A stretch of DNA of 62,000 nucleotides from Chiloscyllium plagiosum (Eukaryota). Shown here one piece after another: positions 38,034-51,029 of the stretch. The translations under genes and the position numbers were made by a program. Position 1 is the first letter of the stretch. Each line of letters begins with the position of its first letter. The stretch is from assembly GCF_004010195.1 (NCBI RefSeq), contig NC_057719.1:51963037-52025036 (forward strand), given 5' to 3'. The notes under the pieces are model-generated. The model saw only the letters and a list, made by a program, of their open reading frames with translations. It was not told where the DNA came from and made no database searches.

Positions 38034-38297
38034 TCTTTGAAAAGTATGCTATATAACTTGATAACTGTAGGCAACAGAACACTAGGTGCTATTTTCTACA
38101 ACAACTTATAGTCTTGAGAAAAATAACTTGTTACACTTAACGCAATAAAAGATAAACCTTTTTTTAAATTTGAAAACCTGATAGAAAGATCAGAGCAATG
38201 TCACAAGGAAGTAAAAAAAAAGACTTAAAGACAATGTTACCTAAAACTATAGTGTTGTAGAAGATCTTCATGATAAATAGACTTTAATACTTTGCAG

Positions 38298-38595
38298 GGT
38301 AAAAACAATGACTGCAGATGCTGGAAACCAGATTCTGGATTAGTGGTGCTGGAAGAGCACAGCAGTTCAGGCAGCATTTGAGGAGCAGTAAAATCGACGT
38401 TTTGGGCAAAAGCCCTTCATCAGGAAAAAAGGCAGAGAGCCTGAAGGGTGGAGAGATAAGTGCCCCACTTATTTCTCCACCCTTCAGGCTCTCTGCCTGT
38501 ATTCCTGATGAAGGGCTTTTGCCCAAAACGTCGATTTTACTGCTCCTCGGATGCTGCCTGAACTGCTGTGCTCTTCCAGCACCACTAATCCAGAA
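38298..38595. mobile_element. Penelope-terminus long palindrome
   Basis: Arms 38332-38462 / 38466-38596 (~131 bp, 3-nt loop); 15-bp TSD TTTAATACTT[T/G]GCAG (38283-38297 / 38596-38610). Confidence 0.92.
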
Positions 38596-40479
38596 TTTAA
38601 TACTTGGCAGACTACTGTTACATAATCTGTTTGATTTTCTTTTCCACTGATTTCAATGTGTGAAATTTAACATGTTGGCAGAATTATACTGTGTTGCAAG
38701 AACACAGGTGAGAGCTTCAGTAAATTACAAACGTCCAAGGTCCGATCGCAATGTTCAGAGATTAATTTGGTTTTAAAGTGTAATTGCATTCCTGGTGCCA
38801 TCTTGCTGGCCACCCTAGTCTCATTCAGGAATAGGACCTTAAAAGGTCAGTTTTAATAAATAATTGAATTAAACAAATTCCTTTTTGTTTTCTTTTTGAT
38901 CAATATTCTCCTTCAGGGCCTATAATGACACCTTTAGCCCTGTCCTGCCCTGGACTTCTCCCTTCTTCACTCCTGGCTTCAGAAGATTGATCGGTGAACT
39001 TCTGACAAATACTAGAATAGGCCAGTGTTAGACAAGAGGAGCACTATAGGGACATGGCACACGTCGATGAGGTGAGTTTGAGATGATAACAGGGGAAAAC
39101 TCCTTGGCTTTCAGAAAGAAACCCTCCATGAAACATGATGAAATTGACACTTAGCCAGTGTTTAGTCAGAGGGACACATACCATGGCTAACTAAGGATAA
39201 GCATGGTATCAAGTTAAAAGAAATGCAACAAAGATTAGTAGTAGGCTAAGATATTGGGAACAAACAAAGGTTGACAAAAATTTAGATAGAAAAATTGGAA
39301 TATGAGAGAAAACTAGAAGTAAGTATTATATCGGATGCAGGTCTAAAACAATTACCTAATTATTCTAAACCAATTTTTCAGCACACGGTCCATGGTCTTG
39401 ACCTCTAAATACCAAATAAATGTTATGAGGGTTTCTGCCCCAGCCAGCCTTAAAGACAGTGAGTTCCAGATACTCTGTGGGTGAAAATAAGTAGCTAAAA
39501 TACTTCCAGGTGATGAATGCTCCTGGATGGAATCTTAGCCTGGGCAGCACATCACCAGTCCAGCTTAACAGGTGAGGGGAGAGAGTAACAGTTGAATCTA
39601 CTCAAACCGGGAGAACTGTGGGAGGTCACGTGATGCTGATGATATGTTTTTGAAGTTAACATTTTGGTGGATGCTGGAGTTACAGTGTGAGATGTATGAG
39701 AAACTTGCTGAACTGTTAGAGGCTTTGTGAACCCGTGTGTAAGTGATAACGCTGTCCATCCAGGCCATGAGTCCAGCTATGTCTCTGATGCATCTGTGAA
39801 AGGATCCTCTATAGAGAGATCGGGTATCCTCAAAGGAAACCATTGATGTCTAGCAGCCCTCTCAGGGTGTAATGTATATAATCTGTGGGTAATTAACTCT
39901 TTCATACACTCTATGTAATAACGGCTAGATGAGAGATGATAGGGGAAAGGCACTTGGACTCACTGCAGGTGTCGAAAGCTCTCAGGTGAGCAGATAGAAG
40001 CATGTTTGTTTTGTAAGGGTGGAGGAGTGGTTGTCTTATGGGGGTTCCTCTAAGGGCAGTTTTGCTGTGAATAGTGGTCCTTGACCCCTCTGAAGACATC
40101 AACATTTGAAGAAGCTGAGGAGACAGAAATGATTTGTGACATGAGGCCAATAATATGTAGCAGTCTGTAGCATTTGCCACGTCACTAAATTGTGATTCTA
40201 TGTAAGAGTTCTTTGAGGTAGTTCACTGTCATTCTCCATTGTCTTTGTTTTGTCTTGCATCGATCTAGACAGCAGTCCATACGAGAAATGGCATTTTGCA
40301 ATAGAGTTGGATTAATTAAAGATGACGTAAGGAAGGCACCCTTGAGTAGCAATCAAACATGATTGGATTCAGTTTGAGGGAGAGAGGAGTTGATCCAGAA
40401 ATTGTTTTTAAAAAATCTGAAATAAAGACAATTATAAGCAGAGCTGGCTAAAGTGAATTGACAAATTAGCAAACCGATA

Positions 40480-41630
40480 GGTGAATAGAAATGTAATGGC
40501 AAACGTTTAAATGAATATTTCAGGCTACGCAGAACAGCGAGTAAGTAAAATTCCAAGGGACAGACCAGCAGCTGTGGATAATTAGAAATGTTAAAGGTAG
40601 TGTTAGATTAAGAGGAAAGGCATATGATTGTGCAAAGACAGGTGGTAAGACATGAAGGAAAGCTTACCAGAAATATAAAGCACAACCACTAAGATTTCCT
40701 ATAAATACTTAATGAAGAAAAGAAAAAAATGAGTGGGTCCTACAGAACATGAGACTGGAGAAATAATAATGGGGAAAAAAGTCAAATGATTTGAACAGGC
40801 ATTTTGAGTCAGTGTTCACTACAGAGGAAACCAGTAACAAGCCAGAAGCAGCAATGAATCAAGAAATGGAAGTGAGGGAATCAGGGCAATCACAGCCACA
40901 AGAAGTGGAGCTGAGTAAGTTGTTGGAGCTGTGGTTGACAAGTACTTGGGACCTCGTCGACTTCATCACATGGTTTTAAAAGAAGTGACTAGTGAGATAA
41001 TGGATGCACTGGTTTTAGTTTTCAAATCACATTTCATTCCAGGACATTCTCATGAGATTGACGGACAGTGAATATAACTCCTTTATTCAAAGACTGAGAC
41101 AAAAAGCTGGAAGCTGCAAAGCAGTAATCTTAACCTGTGTCAGAGAAAGAATTGTGTCAAGCTATTATTAAATAAATTATAACAGGACACTTGAATAAGT
41201 TTAAGGTAATCAAGCAGTCAGCATGGTTTAGTGAAAGAGAAATATTATGCTTGATCAATCTATTGAAGTTCTTTAAGAAGAAAAAAATCATGTTGTAGAT
41301 AAAGGGGAACTGCTTGATGTACTGTACTTAGACTTCAGGAGGAATTTGGTAAGATGCCATATCAAACATTGCTGGGGTAAACAAAAACTCATGGCATGGG
41401 GTAATATATTGACAAGGATAAAAATTAGTTGGCTAACAAGAAGTAGAGAGTAGACAGAAATGGATTTTTTTTCAGTTTGGCAAAATGAAATGAGTGATGA
41501 ATCAAAGGGATCAATGTTGAGGTCTCAACTGTTAATAATTGATATACAAGACTTGGATGAAGGGATGGAAGATATAGTTGCTAAATTTGCTGATGACACA
41601 ATGATAGGTAGGAAAATTAGTTGTGAAAAG
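40480..41630 (+). mobile_element. Degraded CR1 ORF2 middle region
   Basis: LNRHFESVFTTEE...; DIQDLDEGMEDIVAKFADDTMIG. Confidence 0.85.
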
Positions 41631-41744
41631 CACGCAGGTTTTCATTGAGCACCTCTACACCTGCTGCAGGAACATCATTTCTCTCTTCTATTCCACCACT
41701 TGAACTAATCCTTTATAATAAACACTTTTTAACTTTTCTCTTAT

Positions 41745-43560
41745 TTGTATATAGGATGTGGGTGTCATTTGCTAAGCCTGCACTTAATGCCCATTGCTAA
41801 TTTTCAGAAGAAGGTGGCGGTGAGCTGCAGTCCTTGGGATCACCTCCCCTCTGGAATTCAGGTCTTTTGTTCGTGTTTAAATCAAGGCTGTAATGAGGTC
41901 AGGAGCTGAGTAGTGCTAGTGGAACTTGAACTGAGTGTTAGTGAGCAGGTTATTCTTTTTCAAGTGCTGTTTAACAGCACTGTCAAATCCCTCCCATCAC
42001 TTTACTGAATATGGAGTGTAGACTGAAAGCTCAGTCATTTGCTAGGTTGGCTTTGTCCTGCTTTTTGTGGACAGAACATGCCTGGGCAACTTTCCATATT
42101 GTCGAGTGGATGCCAGTGTTGCAGCTGTATTGGAAGAGCTTGACTTTGGGCTTAGCTAATTCTGAATTTCAAGTCTACAGTACTATTGTTGGTCTCTTGT
42201 CAGCGAGCCTTAGCAACATCCAGTGTTTTCACCTGTTTCTTGATATCATGTGGAGTGAATTGAATTGACTGAAGACAGATATTTTTAACGCCTGACAATC
42301 TCAACATGTCTGATTGAGGATAGTTGCAATTTTATTTGTCCTGATCTGCTGGTCTCCTTAGACAATATGGATGGAGATATTTATGCATCCTCCACTTCCT
42401 GATAGTTGGTGGTGGGGTATTAAATAGCTATTACTGAATGTTGCAGGACTGCAGAACTGAGAGCTGATCCATTGATAGGGGGATCACTTAGCCTTGCATA
42501 TTGCATGCTACTTCCACTGTTTGTGACAAAATTGACACCTCATTTAAATATGCCTGGTGCTGTTCCTGGCATAATCTCCAGCACCCTTCATTGTTATTCG
42601 TTGATCTCCTGGCTTGATGGTAATGGTAGAGTCAGGGATACAACAAGCCATGTGGTTACAGATTGTGGTTGTACACAATTCTATGGCTGATGGTCAACAG
42701 CGCCACTTGGATGCCAGTTTTGAATTACCATATCTGTTTGAAGTCTGTCCCGTCTAGCATAGTGGTGGGGCCACATAACAGGGAGGGTATACTCAATGTG
42801 AAGATAGGATTCCATCTCCACAAGGACTGTGCCATGGTCACTTCTGCTGATAGTAGCATGGATGGATGCATCTGTGATGGTAGTTTCATCAAGAATAACC
42901 AGATGAGGGCAGGTTGTGGAGGAGCCAGTGTTGGCCTGGGGTGGACAAAATTAAGAATCACACAACACCAGGTTATCATCCCAATAGGTTTATTTGGAAG
43001 CACTATCTTTCAGAGTATTTTTCCTTCCTCAGGAAGATGAGGTCAACTAGAGTTTTTCCTCTTGTTGGTACCCTCACCATCTTCTGTAAACCCAATCTAA
43101 CATCAATATTGTTTAGTACTTGGCCGCTTTATTTTGTTGTGAGCTACTGAGCCACTCTTCGTGAAGGACTTAGAAATCCCATAACCAGAATACTCTGATT
43201 TGGGGCAAGTGGGGGCAGTAGGTCATAATCAGCTAGATATTTCCGTGCCCATGTTTGACTTGATGCCATAAGATTTCATAGAGTCTGGATTCAATGTCAA
43301 GTATTCCTGCAGCATCTCTTTCCCCTGTCTATGCTACTATGCTGCCATCTCTTCTGAGTCTGTCCTGCTGGAACAGAAATTACATAGTATAGTGATCATG
43401 TTGTCTGGGATATTGTTTATATGGAATGGTTCTATGAGTATGACTGTCTTGCTATTGCTTGTTTATTCTGTGTGACTGCTTTCCCAATTTGGCACAAGTT
43501 GTAAGGAAGATGTTGCAGCATCAACAGAGCTGTGTTGTCGTTGATGCTTCTAGTGCTCAC
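41745..43560 (-). mobile_element. Degraded LINE of second family, interrupted by Penelope-terminus fragment 42909-43034
   Basis: Similar to 14795-15690. The insert is flanked by AGATGAGG (42901-42908 / 43035-43042) and matches the family-B terminus. Confidence 0.75.
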
Positions 43561-44872
43561 ATTGATGCCAGGTGGTCCTTTGACTTCAGTCTTTAGTTTT
43601 TGTAGTGGTGGTTTGATAGAACTAAGTGGGTTGGCCAAGCCTTCGTCAGAGGGCAGTTAAGAGTCATTGTTGTGTGCCCGGAGTCACACATAGGCCAGAG
43701 CAGGTAAGGACAGCAGATTTCCCTCCCTTACTGTCATGAATGAATCATGTTTGTTTTTTGCAACAATGACAATGCTTACGTGAATTTGAACCTCGGATAT
43801 TAGCCTTCATTTCTGGATTACTAATCCAGTGACATATCAATTACATTACTTACTTCTCTACTTCATTGAAAAATCTGGCAATCTTCCCTCTTGCCGGCTG
43901 CTGCTTATTCTGTGCTTTGCTTTGTAATTAATTTCTTAGCAGTGACTTCTGCATATTGATTGTGACTCCACTTTAAGGGAGTAAGCTGCCTTTAAGATCC
44001 GCAGGTTACTGAAACACAGATAGCCACGCACACTGCGAGGTGACCTTTCGAATACGAACCATTCAGCGGCATGTTTGGCAATGCAGCTGCATTCAATGAA
44101 ATCAGGCAGCATGAAGTTTGCAAAATGTCTGCCTAATAGAGACTGATACTCAATAATTGCTTTGTGTGTGATCAAAGTGATCATTCCAAATTCTCTGCCA
44201 GATGGCTTAGCTGCATTATTGTGAATTGTTTAACATTTGACACTGTACATTTTGCATTACACACTTATGGAAGTGTATGAAATACAGAAATTTTATTTTA
44301 GTAGTGTGCATATAAAAATTAAAACATGGTTAATCAATTGATGTAAATATGAAATGGTTTCAGAGAAAGAAAAATAGATAAATGCATTTCTGAATAAAGT
44401 ACTGGATTTTAAGACAGTTCAAACATGGATCCCTCTGAACTGGCTAATAATTCTCACTCTAGGTGGAGCTGTCGTCATACTTTTTGAACATTAACATTTT
44501 CCACCAGTTCTCTTCCAGAGGAAAGAATGCACACAAAACATTTATTTAAAGTTTAAATAGTCAACACAATATTCAAATAATATGCTTTCTTTCTAATATC
44601 TGTAATATGCTAAATATTTTACGAGTTTTTTTAATAGCACATTTGGTGGCATATTAAAGAAGGAAATGGATATTTTCATTGGAAACATCTTTTCCTTGTG
44701 TAGGGAAGGAAGAAATCCAGAAGCATTACTCTTTATCAAAATGCTATCTGCCAGTGATAAATGTTCTCAACACAATTTTGGTTCTTCTGTTAAACATTTA
44801 GAAACAAAAAGAACTTCCAAAGACTTTCATTCTGGAATGTGATTCTTGGGATGGGCTGAAATAGATTTGAAA

Positions 44873-45616
44873 CTGTTGGTCAGTTTGTTGAGCTGGTTGA
44901 TTTTCTTGCACATGTTTGGTTTCTCTCCTGGGTGACATCTTCAGTGCTGTGTAGCCTCTGGATGAAGCGCTGTTGAAGCGGTCTGCCCCAAGTTTATACG
45001 GTTCTGCCTGTTGTGACGGGTGGTTCTACTTCTGGTTTTGTGCTGTTGTGATCTGCAGATAGAATCTATTTCTACGCGTTTGTTAATGAAACCACTGGAT
45101 GAAAACCAGGCCTTCAGGAATTCCCAAGCTTGTCTTTATTTAGTTTGTCCCAGTATCATAATTGTCCCAGCTGGAGTGGTGTCCTTCATTGTCAGTGTGT
45201 ATTGATATGAGGAAGAACTGGTCATGTCGTTTTGTTGCAAGCTGATGCTCAACTATTCTGGTGGTGAGCTTCCTGCTCGTTTGTCCTATGTAATGTTTCT
45301 CATTGTTGCTGCAAAGTATTATGTATGACATTCGTGCTGCATGTTGTGGGTATGGGGTCTTTTGTCCTGCATAATAGCTGGCGAAGTGTGGTTGTTGGTT
45401 TGTGTGCTGTCATTCCCAGAGGATGTCACAGTCTCATTGTTAGTTCTGAGATGTTTCTAATGTAGGATAGATTGGTCAGCGTGTTGGGGGAACTGTGTCT
45501 TCTTGGTGTTGTTTGTATGCCAGGCATTGGTGGATGAAGCTGATGAGGTAATGATTATTGGCAAAGACTTTGTGTAGGTGTTCCTGTTCTTTTTTTGTGG
45601 AGTTGCAGTGGGTTAT
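44873..45616 (-). mobile_element. Penelope element 3' part (GIY-YIG endonuclease + terminal repeat); continues at 53069-53150
   Basis: YIILCSNNEKHYIGQTSRKLTTRIVEHQLATKRHD; degenerate hammerhead CTGAAGATGTCACCCAGG at ~44905-44946. Confidence 0.9.
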
Positions 45617-46343
45617 TGAGGGAGTTAGAAAGCCACCAAAGAATAAGTTCCATTTTTATTTCTTTATCATCACATATTGGGAACCTAAGGGTTAAACATT
45701 CCACGCTAAAAGGACTCACTGCAATATCGATTGCATGCCTGTCATCTTACAGAATGAGATGGGACATTACAGCAGGAGGGCTGGCTGAGTCACAGAGAAC
45801 AGAATCCTCTGGAGCCAAACATGTGAATTTCACTTGCAGCCTCGGGCAAAGGTGTTTGTCCTCCCTGGACAAGCCTGATAGCCTTGGCCATAACCTTATT
45901 AACTGCCTCCTGTTCCCATTATCATGCTTCCCCTGCCTATTAACATGGGCATGTGAATCCAACAATGAGAACAAAGCAAAGTCCTTCTGTCTAAATCTCT
46001 ATCCATCAACATATGATTATGAAGAATATGATAAGCAGTCCCTGTAAATCATTCGCTAGTTATCACAGGAAATCGGCAATCACCCGGTATTGTAAAATTG
46101 TGATTACCTGTCTTAAAGAATGTAACAGCAATCAACCATGTGACTTGTTGACCTCTGTATTAATCCTATAAAATATCCTGTCTTCATGTGTAGAGCAGAG
46201 GTTCGTAGAGAGGTGCCCCCACATGTAGGCTACACGACTCTTTTGGTGTCACTGAGAATCTCTCATCAGCTGTCTGATAATAAAGCCTCTACTGTTGTAC
46301 TGAAACTTGTGTTGTCTGGATTTGTGGAAAAAATACTTCAACA
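45617..46343 (+). repeat. ERV 5' LTR
   Basis: TG...CA followed by TT and the PBS; TATAAAA 46167-46173; AATAAA 46279-46284; about 93% identical by manual count to 52341-53068. Confidence 0.95.
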
Positions 46344-46345
46344 TT

Positions 46346-46363
46346 TGGTGCCATGACTTGGAC
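46346..46363 (+). promoter_or_regulatory. Primer binding site, tRNA-His
   Basis: TGGTGCCATGACTTGGA versus the complement of the tRNA-His 3' end, TGGTGCCGTGACTCGGA; both differences are CpG-type transitions. Confidence 0.88.
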
Positions 46364-48339
46364 CGCAACAGAGGAACGTCTCAATGGGCTGGATATGTGA
46401 CATGAAAGTCTGAATTGAACAGAACAGAGTGGTAAGGGTGCCCTGGAGTATTGTGTTCAGCCAGATAATCTGTCCCTCGCCCAGTGGAACTGGTACTTTG
46501 AAGAGGTCAAACGAACAACTGGACCCAACTTGTAAGGTTGGAAAGTTTAGTCAGATTGATCTGAATCACTGTGGGGTGACATTGGCTACTCTGTATTGTC
46601 CCTGTAGGAAAAAGGTCAGGACTGGGGACCCCAGTCAGGGAAGTATTCATCACTACCTGATGGATTTGGTTTAGGGAGCTGCCTCTTTCGACTATGGCTG
46701 TTGGAAATTAATATATAATAAGGGAAGAGGGTAGGCTCAGTACATTTCTCACCCTGCAATATTGATCTGGCTGGTGGAAGTTGTTTAAAGCAGAGCAAAG
46801 AATCATAAGGTAAAGCGGGACAGTCCCTCTATGTAGTTGGGAAGGGGGACAATCTGTGAGAAAATACCTGATCAGGAAAATGGTTATAGGGTTCTAGGCC
46901 CCTTTGAGAGATTGGTCACTTTGATAAATTTTTATATCAGTACCCTCAAATTAAAGAGACAGTGTTCTGAGAGCTCTTTTGGGAGGCCCTTCCATCACCT
47001 TGTCATCCTATTCCTCTCAGTACCCCCAAAAGTATTGTCAATGCTGAGCAATCTGACCCTCGGGTGGACCAGGTTGCTGCTTTAGTCCCTCCTGGCCTCA
47101 CAGCGGGAGGCTGTTACAATTCTCAAAACTGGGCTACATGTTACTCGTGTCAGTACTCAACGGGGTCCTAGTGTCCGGGCAGAAAGTGATGGTGATTTGT
47201 GAAGCTTATCTGCTCATTTCTTAACAGAAAAATCTAATCCTAACATTGAGGAAAATCATCTCATACTTTAACATTTGTTCATTAAGTAGAGGAATTAGAG
47301 TGATCTTTATAATTTAATTTAAAAATTGAAAAACAGATGGATCTAGATATACCAAACCAACAATATTGTTTTCAGAAAATGATACTGACTGACTTAAATT
47401 TTTGTTTCAGACTTGTTTATCTCCACTTAATTTTAAGACTACTGTATCTCCCCTGTGAGTATGGAGTGCCATTCTATGTCAATTTCCCTTCCTCACTGAG
47501 AATTGAAGTGTCAGTTGAACATTATCTTGCAGAACATCATGTAACAAAGGTTACGATACTATTGTAAATATCTATGTCTTTGGGTTAGTCATTATTTGTA
47601 GATACAAAGCATCTTGACAAGACTTTTATTAATGCTGCTGCAGTCATTTCACAGCCTAGGACATTATAAATGAGCAATGACTGGTCAGAACTGCTTGAAA
47701 AGAAAAACAAATTGGGGATTTAAATTGAAAGACGAGAACCAGGTAATTATAATGGAGTTCAGAGTTGGAAACTGAGCACATTCTACATTATAGCATTGGA
47801 TTTTGATTAAATGAATTTCCAGTTTATATTGAAGACTTTTAACAAAACTCCTACTCAATAGGAAAAACCTTCTAATTTGGTCAGCTAAGTGGAATCTGCA
47901 AGTAATTGAACAATCCTGATTGTTTCATATATACAACACAAAGCGGATTTGAATCATTTCTGTAACTTTGAAACCTGTCTGTTTGTTCTTATTACTTCAC
48001 AGTGTGATATCTAGTCAATTGTTCAGTTTCCATCTCTCATTAAATATACTTATTACTCAATATTTTAAAACAATTTGTACTATCCTGAACTGCATTATCA
48101 CAGTTAATTGATTAATTAATTGGCAAGGCTTTATACCTTTCCACATTGTCATTGATCTGCGTCATTGCTTCATGGTTACTTTAAAGCATGGAAACATGTA
48201 GGTAGCATAGCAAGTAAGGAACCGTTAAGGGAAAGTGAGACTTTGTGCTCCTCATGCAAAGCACTGGCACTGAAACAAGAGATTGAATAACCTTCTTTGC
48301 AGTAGCTACTTCTATTTTTACACGATAAGCTTGCCTAGG

Positions 48340-49100
48340 AGTAGGACAAATCTAGTTGATGGGATTCTTCACACTACTATTTCTGGACAGTATGGAGGCA
48401 AGACTTCTCTTAGATGTTGAAATTAGATGTATTAAAGACATGTTTATAAAAAAAGGGAACAGAAGAAACAGCATAAAGGAATTAACACTGAGAAAGATAA
48501 ATAAGAGGGTTAAAGTAGCAAAGCTGTAGGGGGAACCTAAGTATTTCTCGGGATCTCAAGCTTAGGTCTGGCATATCAACCCTTTTTGAGGGTGGAGGGA
48601 ATGGTACCGAGGTAGAGGAGGAATTGGATTTTTACCCAAGTGCGCTGGCGCATCCCATTGAGCCACCTATGACTCCTTCCCCACCGCTGTACCTTTACAG
48701 TGGAGTTCACCATCTCCATGTCACCCACAAAACTATTCTTCCTATAAGACAGCTACTAAACCCCAAGGCAGATGAAGAATTTGAGCCACCAATTATCAGG
48801 GTCTTTATCCCCTGGAAACCCCAAGAGATGGTCATGATAATGAATCAAGCTCCAGATTGTAAAGATAAACCTGCCCAATTTGCCCAATACATCTGGCGCA
48901 CAATTCAAATGTACAATGCAACACCCTGGGATTCGTTTGCCCTCTGTTGTATGATCTTGTCATCAGAAGAAGTTACTAAGTGGCAGGAACAAATGGGCGG
49001 GGAAAATGGAAAGGGACCAGTCCATACTTATGATGATTTAAACGACAGATTCAAAGAGGACACCTCGAGTGTTGTGGATATGGTACGCACATATAACATG
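48340..49100 (+). pseudogene. gag: ERV gag remnant (MA end, proline-rich region, CA N-terminal part)
   Basis: Pro-rich PIEPPMTPSPPLY, then FIPWKPQEM...PDCKDKPAQFAQYI...YNATPWD (class-I capsid-like); truncated before NC. Confidence 0.8.
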
Positions 49101-51029
49101 GATTAGTCTGAGAGCACCAGGGCACAGATGAGGAGAACCCTTATTTATTACTGGGATGACCAGAGCGACTCCAAGTCGTGCTCTAAAGGTCACACAAAAA
49201 CTGAGTTTGTTCATCTGCCCACGGTCATAATGCACCTTCAGCCTGTACTGATGAATTTCATTGGGAGCAGAATACCACAGACCTGCCACTTGAACATGCG
49301 GACTTCACTTTTTATGTGGATGGCAGCTGCTTTGTTTCACCTACAGGTCAGTGATGCTCCAGATACGCGATTGCCACAGATTCTGAAATAATTGAGCATG
49401 CAATAGGGTCGGTGTGGACTTGTTTGGGTCGGTGTGGACTTGTTGGGCTGAAGGGCCTGTTTCCACACTGTAAGTAATCTAAAAACATTTGAATCTCCAC
49501 TGTCAGCACAGAAAGCTGAATTGTTTGCTCTCACTCGAGCTTGCATTTTGGTGGAAGGAAAATCGGCTAATATTTATATGGACTCTTGCTATGCTTTCGG
49601 CCTTGCCCATGACTACGGCACCTTATGGGAGCATAGGGGATTTTTAATCTCCACAGGGCAACCCATTAGTAACGCTGTTTTTGTGCATAATCTTTTGCAG
49701 GCCTCACAGTTACCATCCAGCCAAGCAGTGATCAAATGTTCAGCTCACACTGGTGCCGCTGACAGAATCTCCAAGTGCAATGTGAAAGTAGATGCCGCCG
49801 CCAAGCAGGCAGCCTTGCACCCCACTTTCCTGGTCCCATTGGGCTCACAGCAACACCTCATTACACAGAGTATGAGGATGGGTATGCCAGTACTGGGTGA
49901 GATATGCAACTTACAGGGGGACAACGCTACAGAAGAACACAGACTGTGGGTCACAGATGGGGTGCTCCCTTGATGTTCTTACCAAACTGTGGATGACCCC
50001 TGCGGGACAGATCTGAGTGCCGTCTTTAGCTTTTAACAATATTGATGGATTATATACGTAACTGTACACACCAAGGCAAGACGGGAATGGTTAGCACTTT
50101 GTTCCAAACCTGATGGCACTCTGATTCCCAGAAAATGGCTGAGAAATGAGCTAAAGCATGCTTGATTTGCAAAAACACAATTGCTGGAAAAGGGATGCCT
50201 TGCGGTTTTGGGACTACTCCCTTGTCTGGTGGGCCTTTCAATTTTCTACAACTAGATTTTATAGAACTATCCAGGGTACAATATTATAAGTATTGTTTGG
50301 TAATAGTAGGTGTCTTCAGCAGATGAACTGAGGCAGTCCCGACCAGGGACAACATGGCTGCAACAGTGGTAAAAATACTGTTGAGAGAAATAATTCCCTG
50401 CTATGGACTCCCAGAGACAATAAGCTCAGACAATGGGCCACACTTCGTGGCTAAAATTAACCAGGGGATCTGCAGGGAACTAGCAATAAAACAACAATTC
50501 CACTGCACTCACCACCCAAACACGGCTGGAGTGGTGGAACGAGCAAATGGCACCTTAAAAAAATAAGTTGGCAAAGCTAAAGCAAGAAACCGGCCTAAAC
50601 TGGTTGAAGGTCCTCCCCTTGGCTCTGTTCCACATGAGGGTTACCCCTTCAAGCAAGACAGGTCTGTCTCTAGGTGAGGTGGTTTACAGGAAGCCCATGA
50701 GGATCCCATGAGGACCTGGGATAGTCCTCCCCTAGGGATTGGATATGAACACTCTGGGAGAGGACGTGGGAATGTACCTGCAGGGGCTAGCCAAATCTCT
50801 CTGAAATTTGCATTCGCAGATACGCCAAGAAAGTGACGATCTGCCTAAAGGGGACTAGCCTGCTGCCGAGCCAGGGGATTTCATCCTGATAAAAGACTGG
50901 GAATGAAAGAAGCTGGGACCAAGATGGAAAGGACCATTTCGGGTGCTGCTGACCACCCCGACGGCTGCGAAGGTACAAGGGCAGCCCCGGTGGATGCACA
51001 GAACTGACTGCAAAGGAATCAGTGTGTAA
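49100..51029 (+). pseudogene. pol: ERV pol remnant: RNase H and integrase only
   Basis: FYVDGSCF, SAQKAELFALTRAC, NIYMDSCYAFG, IKCSAH; integrase [47 protein letters not shown]; many stops and frameshifts. Confidence 0.93.
49406..49480 (+). mobile_element. V-SINE/CR1-type tail fragment inserted in ERV RNase H
   Basis: GGGTCGGTGTGGACTTGTT tandemly duplicated, then GGGCTGAAGGGCCTGTTTCCACACTGTAA. Confidence 0.85.

Noticed and set aside
38284..38650. Mirror-image ORFs on both strands as real genes
   Set aside because: Artefact of the palindromic Penelope terminus.
39560..40300. PIF/Harbinger transposon remnant (also 57475-57790)
   Set aside because: More GC-rich and repeat-like, but I could not read a diagnostic motif or TIRs.
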